This document shows, piece by piece, positions 11,206 to 24,683 of a DNA stretch of 44,648 bases (positions are counted from its first letter, which is position 1; every line of letters begins with the position of its first letter). The notes under the pieces are model-generated. The model did not search any database, had not been told where the DNA came from, and saw only the letters and a program-made list of their open reading frames with translations. The stretch is from Octopus bimaculoides (Eukaryota): assembly GCF_001194135.2 (NCBI RefSeq), contig NC_068983.1, positions 131,908,170 to 131,952,817 on the forward strand, written 5' to 3'. The position numbers and the translations under genes are program-made.

Positions 11206-12857
11206 TGATAGTGATAATTTTGGCACAATGCCAGCAAATTATTGACGGGAGATTGGTGGATCTCAACAACCCTTGTGCTCAACTGTTGCTTATTTCATCG
11301 CCTCCGATATTTCGAAAACCGAAGTCATCCTGGGCGTTGTTTGAACGCAGAATGTAAAAAGCCAGAAGAAATGTTGCGTTATCGATTCTGCCTTCTTATT
11401 GCCTTGGCTCCGTCTCATTCTTCGTGCTGTACAGCTGGTCGACCCGCTAGAAATAGCAATCAAAATAGTTACAAAGAACAGAATGGAACCTATTTGTTCC
11501 TCACTGTTAGATTGACAATAAGAGCAGCAATATGATATTTCTATGTGGTGAAAATCATTGCTGAAATCAGTACAGATTGGCATAGAATTGGTTTGAATTA
11601 ATTGAACATATTCTATGCTTTCATTATAAAAAATATCGATAAATTGAAAACTTCGAACTAACCTGTATATTATGATATTACATGACACGTAGAACATTCA
11701 TTTTTTTACACCCACCCCATCCTGTATAAACTTCCTTATGCGACAAAATCAGTAATTTATTATTTTACAAACTCATTGTGTATTAGATTGAGTTTTGCAG
11801 TATTTGTCTCTTGTTTTTATGTTTTTAATTAAAATACATTTCTTAAATAGATTTTCTATTTTACTACTTGCAATATTTTATTCACCGAATTAATTTCCAT
11901 TTAGTTATACAGAAACACTTGAATGTAATTGGCATTTAGTTCCTAGTCAACAAGCAATATTGCAAGAAACAGTGGCAAAGTCCCCTCAGAACTATCACGT
12001 TTATGTATGAAATATTCGTAAAAGAGTCAAATGGATGACCAAGTTACCGATGAGATGATATTTTCCTCTGACCAAATTCACTCTATATCTTATAGTGACA
12101 GCAGACCTGAACGTGTAAACATCCTTTCCAAAGTGCATTTCTTGGAAAGCAATATTTTATGATATATCGTCAGTTGGCATGGAGGTAAGTCCCCCTAACT
12201 CGATGTTGCTCAAGAGAAAACATCAAGAGCTGAAATAGCTTAACACCACTTTCGATGCAAGTATTCTTGCCAGAATAACCTGAAAAGCGTATCACGAGGT
12301 GTCACTATGGAATTCGTAAGAATTGTAGTAATCCATTTCACTGCAATATCATTGCTTTTATAACTAAGCAAATAGATATTGAACAGTCGATCGTCTCTTT
12401 CCAAACTATGTTAGTAATATTTTACCCCAAACTTATTCGTCTTTAACGTTTACAGTGCTTGTTATTTATGCTGTTGTTGCTTAACCCTTTGGTAAACCTC
12501 ATAAATTAGCGCAGAATCAAAAGTATTCCAGCTGTGACTAGTTTGTGCTTTCCTGTTGGAATGCATCAACACATTAACATAACCGAAATTGAGACTGCAG
12601 CATATTTGACTGCTATTTCCCTCTGGTCAAGTGATCATCTACAAAGCGTCTCCTATTGAGAAATCCCTAGTTGTAAGTTGTTGCATCATTAGATTTTAGC
12701 CTAAGGTCCATTAAGATTCTCAGCATGAATTTTAATAAATAGTAATCTTGGTTGGAATTTCAGATCTCCAGTCGACAAGATCAGAACATTAGGTAGTTTA
12801 TATATTCTATCCCATTACAGCGTATGATGGTAGAATAAATTAGATATAAAGAATATT

Positions 12858-12990
12858 CTTTTCTACTCTAGGTACAAGGCTCGAAATTTTTGGGGAGGGG
12901 GCCAGTCGATTAGATCGACCCCACTACTCAACTGGTACTTAATTTATCGACCCCAAAAGGATTAAAGGCAAAGTCAACCTCGGCGGATTT
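12858..12990 (-). mobile_element. 5'-truncated SINE family A with a 15-bp target-site duplication
   Basis: Core CTGGTACTTAATTTATCGACCCCAAAAGGATTAAAGGCAAAGTCAACCTCGGCGG; GATATAAAGAATATT occurs at 12843-12857 and 12991-13005. Confidence 0.9.
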
Positions 12991-13744
12991 GATATAAAGA
13001 ATATTAAATACATTTCTGGTCGCTATGAGTTATTTTCTGAGCAAACTCTGAATACTGATCCCTAGTTAACAATTGATCGGTTATTATGATTTACTAAAAA
13101 TACCAGCCAGATTTCCCTTAAACCAAAGATACCAAATTATAATGCAAGCATCCATAATTTATCTTTACACCTTCAACACCTCCAAACTTCAAATTGTAAG
13201 GATAATTTGTGGACAGGCTGTAGATTATATTGTTAGACTGAGATACGATAAAAAAATCCAGGTAGACTATTTCCGATCAAATATCTGCTCGATCAACTTT
13301 CACGTGGGCTAAAACACCATCATTTCACTAATGTAAACGTGAGGATGCAGCTTGAGTATTTTGATAGTCGGGTGATTAATAGATTTCCTTTGCACTCGGC
13401 TATGCAGACGGGTGTAGATTGAACCCAAAGTGCATCAAATTAGATAAATGGTTTCAACCGTAATTGCGGGCTGACAATTCTGTCTTGAGAACTTAAGCTG
13501 ACGTCTCTCTCCGGAAGCCACTCATATAATACAAACGGTGTTCGGGCTAAATTCGACATTTTGTGTCAAAAGAAATGAAAACAATATCTCGGTCAAAAAT
13601 AAAAGTAATCATAAAATATCAAAAAATGTCAACTAAATTGTAGCAGGGAGTTTACTTTAAAGCAGTTTGCTAACAGTAGCCGGCCTCAACTTCCACCCCG
13701 GCTTGTAGCCATTTCTTCCTCTGTACCTTTGAACACGTAGGTTA

Positions 13745-13870
13745 GTGTTATTTAATCAACGAGGAAATGAGGAGGGACGAAGGAAGCAGCGGTAGAGATT
13801 TGAACTTAGAACGAACAGTATCCGTCCATATACTACGAAAGTTTTAATCCAACGCTCGAAAGATTCTGCC
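13745..13870 (-). mobile_element. Highly decayed SINE family A fragment
   Basis: GAGATTTGAACTTAGAACG and AAGATTCTGCC resemble the family A reverse complement. Confidence 0.5.
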
Positions 13871-14444
13871 TACACAAATACAGTTCGTGCAATATCAATT
13901 CTATTTATTNNNNNNNNNNTATATATGTAATTATATTCATGTACGCTTGTGTATACACACACATATATATAGAAAGAGAGGGAAAGAGGGGTGGAGAGAG
14001 GGACGGGGAGATACATACATATACGTGTGTATGCATGTATGTATTCTTGCATATCTACCTTTGTTTCGCATACATCCAAACGCACAGACAAATTTTCAAA
14101 CGAAATCATTTGTCCGTATCAAGCACACAGTATGATATCGTTTTATTTGTTAATTTTTGCATGCATTACACAGAATATATAGACATTTGAAATATTAATG
14201 ACCATTAACACATCGTATGAGATTCTCGGATAACGACCTTGTTGTTGGGATTCGAAATGAGTATTGTTAAAAAAGGTGGAATTATAGCTGAAATATCAGT
14301 TATAAATCTATATTGTGCAAAACAGTTTATTACTACTATTTTTATGGTTAACATTTTAGAGATATGATATATACGATATAACAAAATCATTGTTTTGTTA
14401 TATCATATATTCTGAAAACGTTCTTTGTGTTTTCATTTTACCAA

Positions 14445-14600
14445 ATGGTTAAAGTGTCAGTCTCACAATCATAAAACCATGGGTCTATTTCTTGTTCTGA
14501 GTGGAGCATTATGGAATCCTTGAGCAAGAAACTTCATTTCATAACTCCAATAAGCAATACACCGAGCTTTATTTCCCGCACTCTCATTAGTTGCTATTAA
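14445..14600 (+). mobile_element. Decayed tRNA-derived SINE (family B-like)
   Basis: TGGTTAAAGTGTCAGTCTCACAATC head and CCTTGAGCAAGAAACTTCATTTCA core similar to the 5608 copy. Confidence 0.5.
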
Positions 14601-15899
14601 TTTCACTGTGATACGAATAACTAGGGATCTAAAACCATTAGCAAAACATTAATGAGTGAGAGCTATCATTTATTCTTTAGGTGTTTTGAGAAATTGCAAC
14701 ACAACATGCTTTCCTTGTTCGTCTCACATTGCAGTTTTTAAATCCCCCTGAGTTGGTTGTCCTACATATACCCGATAAAATAAAAATCGTTCAGGAATGT
14801 CAACCTGTCAATAGAATCTACCGACCAACATCCCACCAGATATCAAAGAAAGACAGTTACAATTAAGTTAATCATCCTACAAAGTATTAATAATTTTGTG
14901 CTCATTATGTCTATGATAAATATATGAAATATGATAACTGTAATGAATGACAAATTATTTTCATTATGTACATCTTTAATGATATATGAGGGCATAATTT
15001 CAGTAAATTTCTAAATGACACATATAAGTGTTAATGGCTATTTGTTAGTTTCTATCAATATTTTATTGCTATCAATTCCATGCCTCTATAATTTTGTTTC
15101 TTGGCGCGATCATGTTCTTATATCAACATTCCAAGCCAATGTTTTTAACAAAACTAAAACCGACTTTTCATACACACATTCACAATTATATTTAGTTTAT
15201 ATACTCCTCTTGTATTAATGTTATACACCATGACATATATGACCATTTTCACCCATTCTTTTCTATTATATGATTATCACTGAGATAAGAATACTATCAG
15301 ATAATTGTGTGTATACATCGCTGATGCATAATTGTGTCTATACATCGCTGTTTCGAATCTGTCAAGGCGAAGGATTAGCAAATTCTTCGTAGAATCCTCC
15401 GGATCTTTACACTATAAGTTCAAATTTCATCCAAGTTATCTTTGTCTCCCAATCTTATGAGTCGCAGGTTATCTTTGTCTCTCAACCTTCTGAGTCGATT
15501 AAATAAAGAAGCAAACACATAATGGGACTCTATTCAACAGCCCAATTCCTTGCTATGATTTCCTGTCCTTGTCTTTGAATTAGAAGTTATAATGTACTTA
15601 TTTCGAAATTTGCGGATTTTCTAGAATTATACCAATCTAAGATTAGAAATATTTTGCAATGCACGAGATTCCAGATAGAGTTGCAAATATTTTGTATACA
15701 AAGATATCCTTAGTTGCTACTGATTTGTCAAACGAGCACTTGAAAACATCTATTAATCTTTATTTAATCCTATACTGTGTAATAAGCATTCAATCAAACT
15801 TCTATAGTCCCTAAATGTCACATAGTTAACCATTAACAACATTTTATAGCATTTTGTGGATTGGGTTGAAAATTATTTTTATTGAATCTATTTAAGCAT

Positions 15900-16095
15900 T
15901 GCTTTCAAATTTTGACGCAACGCCAGCAACTTTGGAGGAGTGGGAGAGGTAATTACATCGACAACTTCCACAGATCCTGAAAGAATGAAAGAAAAAAATC
16001 GACCTCAGCAGAATTTAAACTCAGAGCGTAAAGACTGGCGAAGCGCCGCTAAGTATTTTGTCCAGTGTCTTAACGATTCTGTCAGCTCACCATTT
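15900..16095 (-). mobile_element. Decayed SINE family A
   Basis: TCGACCTCAGCAGAATTTAAACTCAGAGCGTAAAGACTGGCGAA...AACGATTCTGTCAGCTCACC is the reverse complement of the family A head and core. Confidence 0.75.
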
Positions 16096-18289
16096 TCATA
16101 TATTTAAATATTACAATACTTTCATTATGTAACAAAAGGAAGAACATTCAGAAATTACGAAGTGGTATCATATAAAGATTTTCTAATTAACGTTATATAA
16201 CCCAGGCTGTCACATTTATTTAGCTTAAAATATATTTACTCCAGTATAGGAGATGCATCTAATTCAATATTCTCATAGTTTAGTGATTTCCAGTAGTATA
16301 TTCAATAATAAATATCATTTAATATACAGAGGTCATTTAATTTACTCATTGCACTCTAATATACAAATTTATTACTGATTTACTTCGATGCACATTTCCA
16401 GCAACATCTTATATTTACTTGCACGTTTGTTTGTGGAACAATTGCAAATGAAGAATCTGATTTCAATGCAGAGGTCAGAACATTGCAGTCGGTTGCTGAA
16501 TATAATTTAAAGATTCAACAGCATTGGTGTTCTATGTTACCACCCAACCACTGCTGATCTAGTGATTTTTCTGTATTATACAAATTACCTTTGCATGCAG
16601 AAAATTAGCTTAGAGTTCGAAGGTATAGAAGACTATCGATATAAAAAAGTTTAAATTATAATTGAAATTAATAGCAGTTCAGCAGTGACATGTCAGTGAA
16701 AACCACGATCAAATTAAAAGCATAAAATCTAGAACGGAAGCTATTAAAATTAGTTACAATATGTGCATCAAATTTGAAATATTGGAATTTTTTTTTTTTT
16801 TTTGCAATTAGAATTGACATGATTTTAAATTCAAAATACAGGAAGCCTTAATTAAAATTCAATGTTGTCAGGTGAAGTACTCATAATTTTACTCGGCAAA
16901 CAGGCAAATACTGAATATTACAGGCACCATCATTAATAATCCACAATTATCAACATACAAAAATATGGAGCGATAAAATTATGTATATAAGTATACATTC
17001 ATTATTATTTCATTAGGAAATTCTCCAATGTCATATTCTCGCTGTCATTACTTCATATTCACACACGCATAAACGTTCGCTAGATGCACACGCATACACA
17101 GACCAGACACGCACAAACCAGTATACATATGCATTCATACACATAACATTCTTTCTCTCCCACAAGTTTACAAACACATACATCAAGAACACACACAATC
17201 TCACACATGCAAGCACACACCTACACCCATGTATGTAAACACACCAGACTAACAAACACTCGACCCCACATATTCGGGCATAAAATTTTCGCTACCAACT
17301 TTTCCAGTCATCACGTGTCAATTGAAGCCGTCTGCGTTTTCGACGACATCTGAAAATGCATTTGGAGCAGGCTACGCACCACTGGTGCTTGGCATTTCGC
17401 TTTCTCTTATCCTGTATTGGATCGTGCTTTTCCCTACTCTCGTTATCCCAAAATCCATTCCATTAAATGTGTGCAGCTGCAATCCAAAACCAACGTAGCT
17501 GAAACTGTTGGTGTTTACTAGTTGCCTATTGTTTTCTTCGACATAATGAAATTTTTTCTCTTCTTCCATAAGCCACTGTTCTATTAGTCTCCCTTCATGG
17601 TGTAGGACATTAAAGATGTAGATATAATTCAGAATATTCCACACCTTAGGGATGTTTATGCTCCCACCCGCATGATTCACAGGATTTACAGAGTTTGGGA
17701 TATTTATAACGTTCCATTTGTGTATTCTTTTCATACTCCCTTTCCTATGCACCTTCTGTTCCACGACAAGTACTAATAGTAAATTTAAACCTAATAATCT
17801 TAGGCTTACAAATATGGCCATCTCCTTCAAAAGCACCTGTACGTTCTAGTCTTCAGTTCAGTTTGCTTACACTTCCTCGATCTTTTCCCTCACCACATTG
17901 TATGAAACAACATTTGATGCCTTGCATATCATGTGCATTACATTGATAGGGGTTGATTATAGCTTTAGTACCTAAGCGTGGATATACAAGATTAGTTTAT
18001 GGTACCAAAATATGATTTACATTTTGTCAGAATAAGCCGTCACTATATACAACCTACAAACTGATGCAACCGATGTTGTCCTTTCAGTGCCAGCCATATA
18101 TAATTCAGTGAAGACAATTTTATACCTCTTAGATAAATGAACTCATGATACTTTACAACTCTTTAAAACAGGCAAGAGGGTGTAAGGTATCCTCAAACTG
18201 TAAACTTGGTGCAGATTCTTTAAAAAGGAGTTGATTCAGCTACAGACAAGCTAGATTGAGGTGCCAAGTTTAGAAATTATTAAACCTAC

Positions 18290-18515
18290 TGGGCGAGTAG
18301 GCCACAGAGGGATTTGAACTCAAGTATTCGAATGCAATAACACAAAGCATCTTAGATAACACTTAAGTATTCCACCAGTTTACAAACATCTGCACCATTC
18401 ATGAATTCACACAGGGATGCTAAAATATTACCTCATCCTCGTCTAGAATTTAAAACCCAGAGAAAATCCCGCATGCAATTTCGCTCGAAACTCTAACGCT
18501 TCTGCCAATTTGCTG
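18290..18515 (-). mobile_element. Two adjacent SINE family A head fragments
   Basis: GGGATTTGAACTCAAG (about 18309) and AGAATTTAAAACCCAGAG...CTAACGCTTCTGCCAA (18445-18510). Confidence 0.45.
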
Positions 18516-21020
18516 TATATAGCACTCCCGAAGAATCGGAACCATTTGTGATGCATTTTCCGCAACATATTCTGAGTTAGCTTCTATGTAGACTTGATTA
18601 CGTAGGTGACACCCTTTATAAGCCGACGATGGGGCATCTAATTCAATATCTTACTAGAATTACATGCGTAAACTATCCAAGGTAAACTATTTTGTCTTAA
18701 TAAATATTTTATGATGTAGGCTTGGACATACAACACTTGAAAGACAGGAATGGTCATGGCTGGAAATACTTTAGTAATGATTCCGATAAATCTGAATTGT
18801 CACGAAGATATATAATGACAATAGCGACGGTAACGGCAGCAGCAATAATGTTTCATAGCCTTACGTGAAATTGCTCCAGAGTCGATACAGTAAGTATCAA
18901 TCATGTATTACGTTCGATTATTCAATCAATTTTACATTTCCCCATAATTGTGTGTTTTTGCCAATACAAGGAATCAGTAAATTATATAAAACAACATTTG
19001 ATGAAGAGAAAAAAGCAAAAAACAACAAATCAACTTCTAAAATATTGATAATTTCTTTTATTTAGAAAATAAACAGCTATATCAGAACATTTTGCCTTTG
19101 GAAAAAGGCAGGCATACAATAGACGAGTTTTATAGATAAATACTTATTCAACATAATAATAGTCTATTAACTGTTTTCTCTTTATATTACAAAAAGTTCT
19201 TATGCAGTTTGAAATTTTATTCTTTGGTGACAATAACTATGTATCAGGTGTGGTCGGTAAAAAACAATGTATATTATAACATACTTGGTACAATACATAA
19301 ACACGAGCTCATAACGAGACTGCAAATGATTCCCTAAGGTTGAAAAACCGACTGAGTGACACGTTAAATAATCGACGCAGCCTCAGAGGCATCCGTATTT
19401 TGACCCGTGTATATCGGTCTGTGTTGAAAGTAACAGCCAAATTTCTATCAAATGATCACCTCTATTCTCTTACAATAGAAAAAAAATGAAACGTTCATAA
19501 ATGTACTTTTACTAACTTCTATACATTTAGAATAATCTCGAATACAATACCCTTTACTATTGAATTGTTCGATCGGTTTAAGTGAGACTGAACATCAATA
19601 ATAACGGTAAAAGTGTTTATTTAGTTTCTTATATTGAGAGATACAGTTTAAAATTATTCTGAAAATATAGGTGAGATTCGATCGACCGTCAGTGTTGCTA
19701 CTTTGAGGAAATAGTCAATAACTCCCACCTATTGATCGACAATCAGAGGTATCCTTGCTTGCGAATCTGTCAACGTCTCTCACATATCGATTAGAGTTTG
19801 TATAATGGGGACTGAGATATATAATGAAGGGAGCCAAAACAACGTTTAATAAATTAAAATTTAAATTTAACCAATAATAAACAGAAAAGACTTTAGCTTT
19901 AGCATCGAGTTAGCTAAAAAAGAAAATGGGGTAAGAGGGATAGAATTCTAAAATGCATATTAATGAAATACTGGATGTTAGTGCATGCATTATGGAGGTA
20001 GTCTCATCTTTGTGCATTCACAAACACTAATCAATATTCAGATGTAGGAAATGTCAACCCTGACATCCTTAACCAGATCAAATAACCAAAATTAATAGTC
20101 TTTCACTAAAGCGAAGGTACAATTTTAATAAACATATTTTCGTGTCACATCATTAAATATGATACTCTTCACTTAAACTGTGTTGTAAAAGGAGAAGTTA
20201 CCACCGTTTAATTCACCCCAGGTGTTCGTCTATTAAAATATTCATACAGCGAGAGAAATATTGGACGTTGCTTTCAAATGCTCGGTCTGTTTGGACTATA
20301 ATTATTTATATCTATATAAATACATCGCGGTTACACGGTTGTGAAGATTTATGTATACGGTAGTCATATACATGTGTGTGTGTGTATGTGTGTGTTAATC
20401 TTTTGCACCAATGAGTTGAATATGCATTGAACAATTTTTTCATCGTAAAAATGAATCGCTCTGTAAAATAATATAGCAACGATTAACATATGTATGCTTG
20501 AATCTGTCGAATGGTATTAAGAATAAATATGCAACTGATCTCTGTTCATAGTGTAAATAGTGATATTTTATTGGTTGACAGATATTAGCATTGATCCGAA
20601 AACATTTTATTCGATGAACTTATACGCAAAATTCACAAGCTCTTATTTACACACGATACATCGAGTTTGTTATGAACACATTTTCGTTGTAAAAAGTAGA
20701 AGTTGTTCGTCTGTGACTTATACAACATCGATTAGATTATTGGCGTTCGAGTCTGTTGGAAATAATTATGAATAAATGTCATCGTTTCAGACTTTGCTTT
20801 TTATAGTGCAAATAATAAATTATTATATATTAAATTTAGCCTATCGAAAATCACGGAGAATAAACCAACTGAGACTGGTTGAAACAGACTAGTATAATTT
20901 TACATTAAACATACTAAAAAATGTATTAAAACAATTCCCGTTTTTCTCCGAAATCCAGAATCCTACAACTTCACAAAGAGAAATTAAAGGATATTTTATC
21001 ATATATATATATATTTTACA

Positions 21021-21204
21021 GGCGCAGGCGTAGCTGTGTGGTAAGAAACTTGCTTAACCGCATTGTCCAGGGTTCAGTTCTGGGTTTAGTCCGACTGCGT
21101 GGCACCTTGGGCAAGTGACTTCTACTGTAGTCTCAGGCCAATCAAATCTTCTGGGTGGATTTGGTAGATGGTAGCTGAAAGAAACCCGTTGTGCGTATAA
21201 CATA

Positions 21205-21235
<31 letters not shown>

Positions 21236-21452
21236 TCAATTGTGTATATTTTTGTGTTTATCACCTCACCACTTGACATCCGGTGTTGTGTTAATGTCAC
21301 CGTAATGTAGCAGTTGAGCAATAAGAGGCCGATAGAATAAGTACTACGCTTAAGAAAAACATAAGTCCTAGGGGCGATTCCTTCAACGAGAAAAGAACAC
21401 TTAAGGCGTTGCCCCAGTATGGCTGCAGTCAAAACGACTGAAACAACAAACA
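21021..21452 (+). mobile_element. Near full-length tRNA-derived SINE (family C) with internal (TA)n
   Basis: GGCGCAGGCGTAGCTGTGTGGTAAG head, GGGTTCAGT B-box region, GCGTGGCACCTTGGGCAAGTG, a central (TA)n, and 3' GATAGAATAAGTAC...CCAGTATGGCTGCAGTCAAAACGACTGAAAC. Confidence 0.85.
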
Positions 21453-22499
21453 AATATTATAATACATTATATATGCTTTAAAAATTTACATAACACTGCA
21501 GCTTCATGTATTTTAATCGATTCCTGATGAGTCTCAGTTTGAAGTGAAACGTCAATACAAACTTCGAACTTTCTGTTTATCTTCAATCTCTGCCTTTAAA
21601 AAGAGACTAAATATATCATTATTAGACGTGCTATATAATTCTCGCTTATATATATTTTGCATGTAGTTCAGGAAGTTTGCATTATGAAACTACATCTTAA
21701 TTTTTGCAGTGTTGTGATGTTATTCTCTTCGTATTTCTTCTCCCTACTGAAAGCTTTGACGCTGCAAGTCACTATCTTTCTACTCTACTACTGACTTCCT
21801 TTATCGCTACCTATTTCTCATTCCATTCAGCTTTCTCTTTTTCACAAATTTAATACAATCTAAATTATCTTACTTCTCCTTCCCCTTTTTACTGCTTCAT
21901 ATTTTCCAGTTGCTTCACACCTCCCATTCTTTGCTGCATATTATTGCTTTAATATAATTTTCATACGCTATCATATGTTTTCTATCCTTTATGTCTCTCC
22001 TTTAATGCTTTCCTTTCTATTTTTAACAATAGTACCAATTTTTCCTTTCTGCTACCTTCAGTTTACATACGGTCTTCCCTAGAGTTTTAGGTTTCCATCT
22101 CTCTAACATCTACTCATTAGGATTTCTATATTTCTCATTCTTATATTGTTTGCTTAAGTTCTCATTGTACTATCCCCACGTTTGCATTTATAAACACCTT
22201 AATTTTAAGTTAAAATTGCATTTTTATTTAGGTAAATCTTATTTCAATTTTAAAAAATATATATAATTGCATTATTTAGTGTGTCGACTCACGCATAAAT
22301 GAAAAAGCCACATATTGGTTGTGTACCCAATTTATCTCGCACACATAAAATTTTACTTCCCGCTTAATTGATAATAATCAATTCATACTTCATGTTTCTG
22401 AAACTGACGTGTCGTACCAGCATAATTATCAGCATCAATGTAGACACATATGGTTGTGCCACTCATAAAATGGTCATTCTCTCTTGTGAATGATTTCGT

Positions 22500-23380
22500 A
22501 CAAAGTAAGTTTCTATCAATATCGTCTTGGAAAATACGTTCTGCTTTTACAAGATCCTCCACCGTTAAATGCATCTGGTCTCAAGATGTCATAAAAATAG
22601 CAAATTGGTACAGTACTCTCCATTGATGGTGCGGCCCTTTTGTAGATAGTGAATAAACACAACGTCTTTTGCATTGCAGATAACGGAACCTATCTCTTTC
22701 TTTGCTGTTGATCCGACCTTTGCCTTCTTTGGAGCAAGTGCAGAGAGATGTTTCCACTGTATGAATTATCTCTTTGTCTCTAGTTCAATTGATGACCCGA
22801 ACTCTCATCCCGGATTGGGAAATGTTCAAATAAACTAGCTGGATCTGCTCCAGACAATACCAGATTTTCCCATGATTTGATCAGCCCCATGCACTTTTGA
22901 TCAGGTGTCAGATAATCTAGCACCTGCCGAGTAGAAATCTTTATCATGCTAAGTTCATTTAACAGAATATTCTCAAGTCAATTTCCGTTTATCCATCACC
23001 ATGTTGCGAATACGATTAATGATTTCCTCGGTGGTGACTGTTGCAGAACGCCCAGACCTTTCCTCATCTTTAAGTCTCTCCCATCCCTCAAATATTCAGT
23101 TGTCACTTTTGCACTGTTAATAAAGATGGAGCGTCATCTCTATTATAGCAACAATGTCAGAACGGGGCTAAAGTCTTATTCTTCAGGAACTTGTTAACAT
23201 CATGATGAAAATTTTGTCCATTTTCAAGAGAAATTGCTACTGATTATTTTAATGTTTTCTTTGAATAGTCAGATGCCAGTTTACTTGAAGAAAATTCGGT
23301 TATTAATAGAAGGGTTGAAATTAATACATGCAATATTTCACAACTCTATTTTATAGAACTTTCAGCCTACTCTTGAATAA
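22500..23380 (-). mobile_element. Decayed mariner-type (Tc1/mariner) DNA transposon, 5' TIR plus transposase remnant
   Basis: Minus strand from ATG at 23221: MDKI...DAPSLLTVQK...KDEERSGRSATVTTEEIINRIRNMVMDKRKLT (HTH region), then LETKR*FIQWKH...APKKAKV...VFIHYLQKGRTINGEYC. TIR-like TATTCAAGAGTAGGCTGAAAGTTC lies at 23356-23379. Multiple stops; no 3' TIR found. Confidence 0.88.
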
Positions 23381-24683
23381 GTATTATTCATTAAATTCTA
23401 CATATCTAAGAAGAACGCAGTTATCAAGAGAAGTGTAGAAATAAAAAAAATGTGTGAAAAATGTAAAAAATAATAGTAATAAAACAAGCAAAGTAATAGA
23501 TAAAATAAAACTTCCGGTATATCTGCATACAGAGGCGTATAAACACAAACGTGCTACAGTGGTGTATATATTTTTGTGTGTACATGTATACATACATACA
23601 TACATACATACATACACACATACATACATATGAATCACTGCATAGTTATAATTCGATTAAAATATATATGTCATTGTATGTAAAGAAAAAACATAATTGA
23701 TGAAATATGCATACACGTATATATTCCCTTTTTGCTTTCGCAGTGACTATCATCAATTAAGCGAATCCAATATTTATGACTAAGTGAATGTTTAAACAAA
23801 AATTTCGCTACTTTGCTGAGAAATGAAATATCCCTATGTAACATTGCATTAGAATTAGAATGACGTCTCAGAAATACACAGTTGGTTGAACAATTGTGAT
23901 GAGAGTAGATACAGTCCTAACGTAGGACGAGTTTTCTGAACCGTTTCATAATACGATTGCATATTGGAGATATATAAGAGACAAATGAACAAAAAGTGTT
24001 CTCCAGAAGAATAAATCTGTTCCATGTACAGATATTGTTGATTCATTTTCTCATTAAAATTAGGCATTAGTGATATACTTTGTGAGTCGTTTACCAATTA
24101 TCTTAAATTCTGTTGGTTAATGACAAAATTTAAAAGATTAGTTAAAATCTTGGAAAATCTGTGACTATTTAGATTATATAGCTAAATCGTCATTGATATG
24201 GATATGATAGACGATGTCATTTAAAATTAATCTAAATTAGATTGTGACATAAGGTAATGGACAGGCCGGTTCTTCTCAAATGTATGCTTTTTCAAGTTCA
24301 ACGGGTTTCAAATAAGTACTAACAATTGAAGGTGATTGCGAAGACAAAGAACTACCTGTTTTTTTAAAAACAATTTTAACAGTATGAACATCGGATAAAA
24401 CATGTTATTGACATAAAAATTTTGTACCTCAGCTAATTACTGTTGAGAACTGCATGATCCATGTTTCATTTTAATTAGAGATTTAAAACGCATACTTAAA
24501 TTTCATTATTTAAAAAACTGGGAAACGTCGGGTTATTCAGGTATAACCTGCGTAGTCTAAGTTTCATGTTAGAGATCTAAAATGTATTTTAAAATTTCAT
24601 TATCTTCTTTAACCTGGGCAATGCCGGGCATCAATGTATCAGGCCTTGTGTCTAGAGTAGAGAAGAATAGTGCTTTCAAATAA

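Noticed and set aside
16255-18649. Exact 16-bp direct repeat GCATCTAATTCAATAT (16255-16270 and 18634-18649) bracketing the 154-aa ORF block, a possible TSD
   Set aside because: A single AT-rich 16-mer match in 44 kb is plausibly chance; there are no element ends or tail between the two copies.
18720-18895. GTAAGT donor at 18890 with a 50-codon open stretch upstream
   Set aside because: The frame stops before the donor and the acceptors are weak; isolated donors are common by chance.
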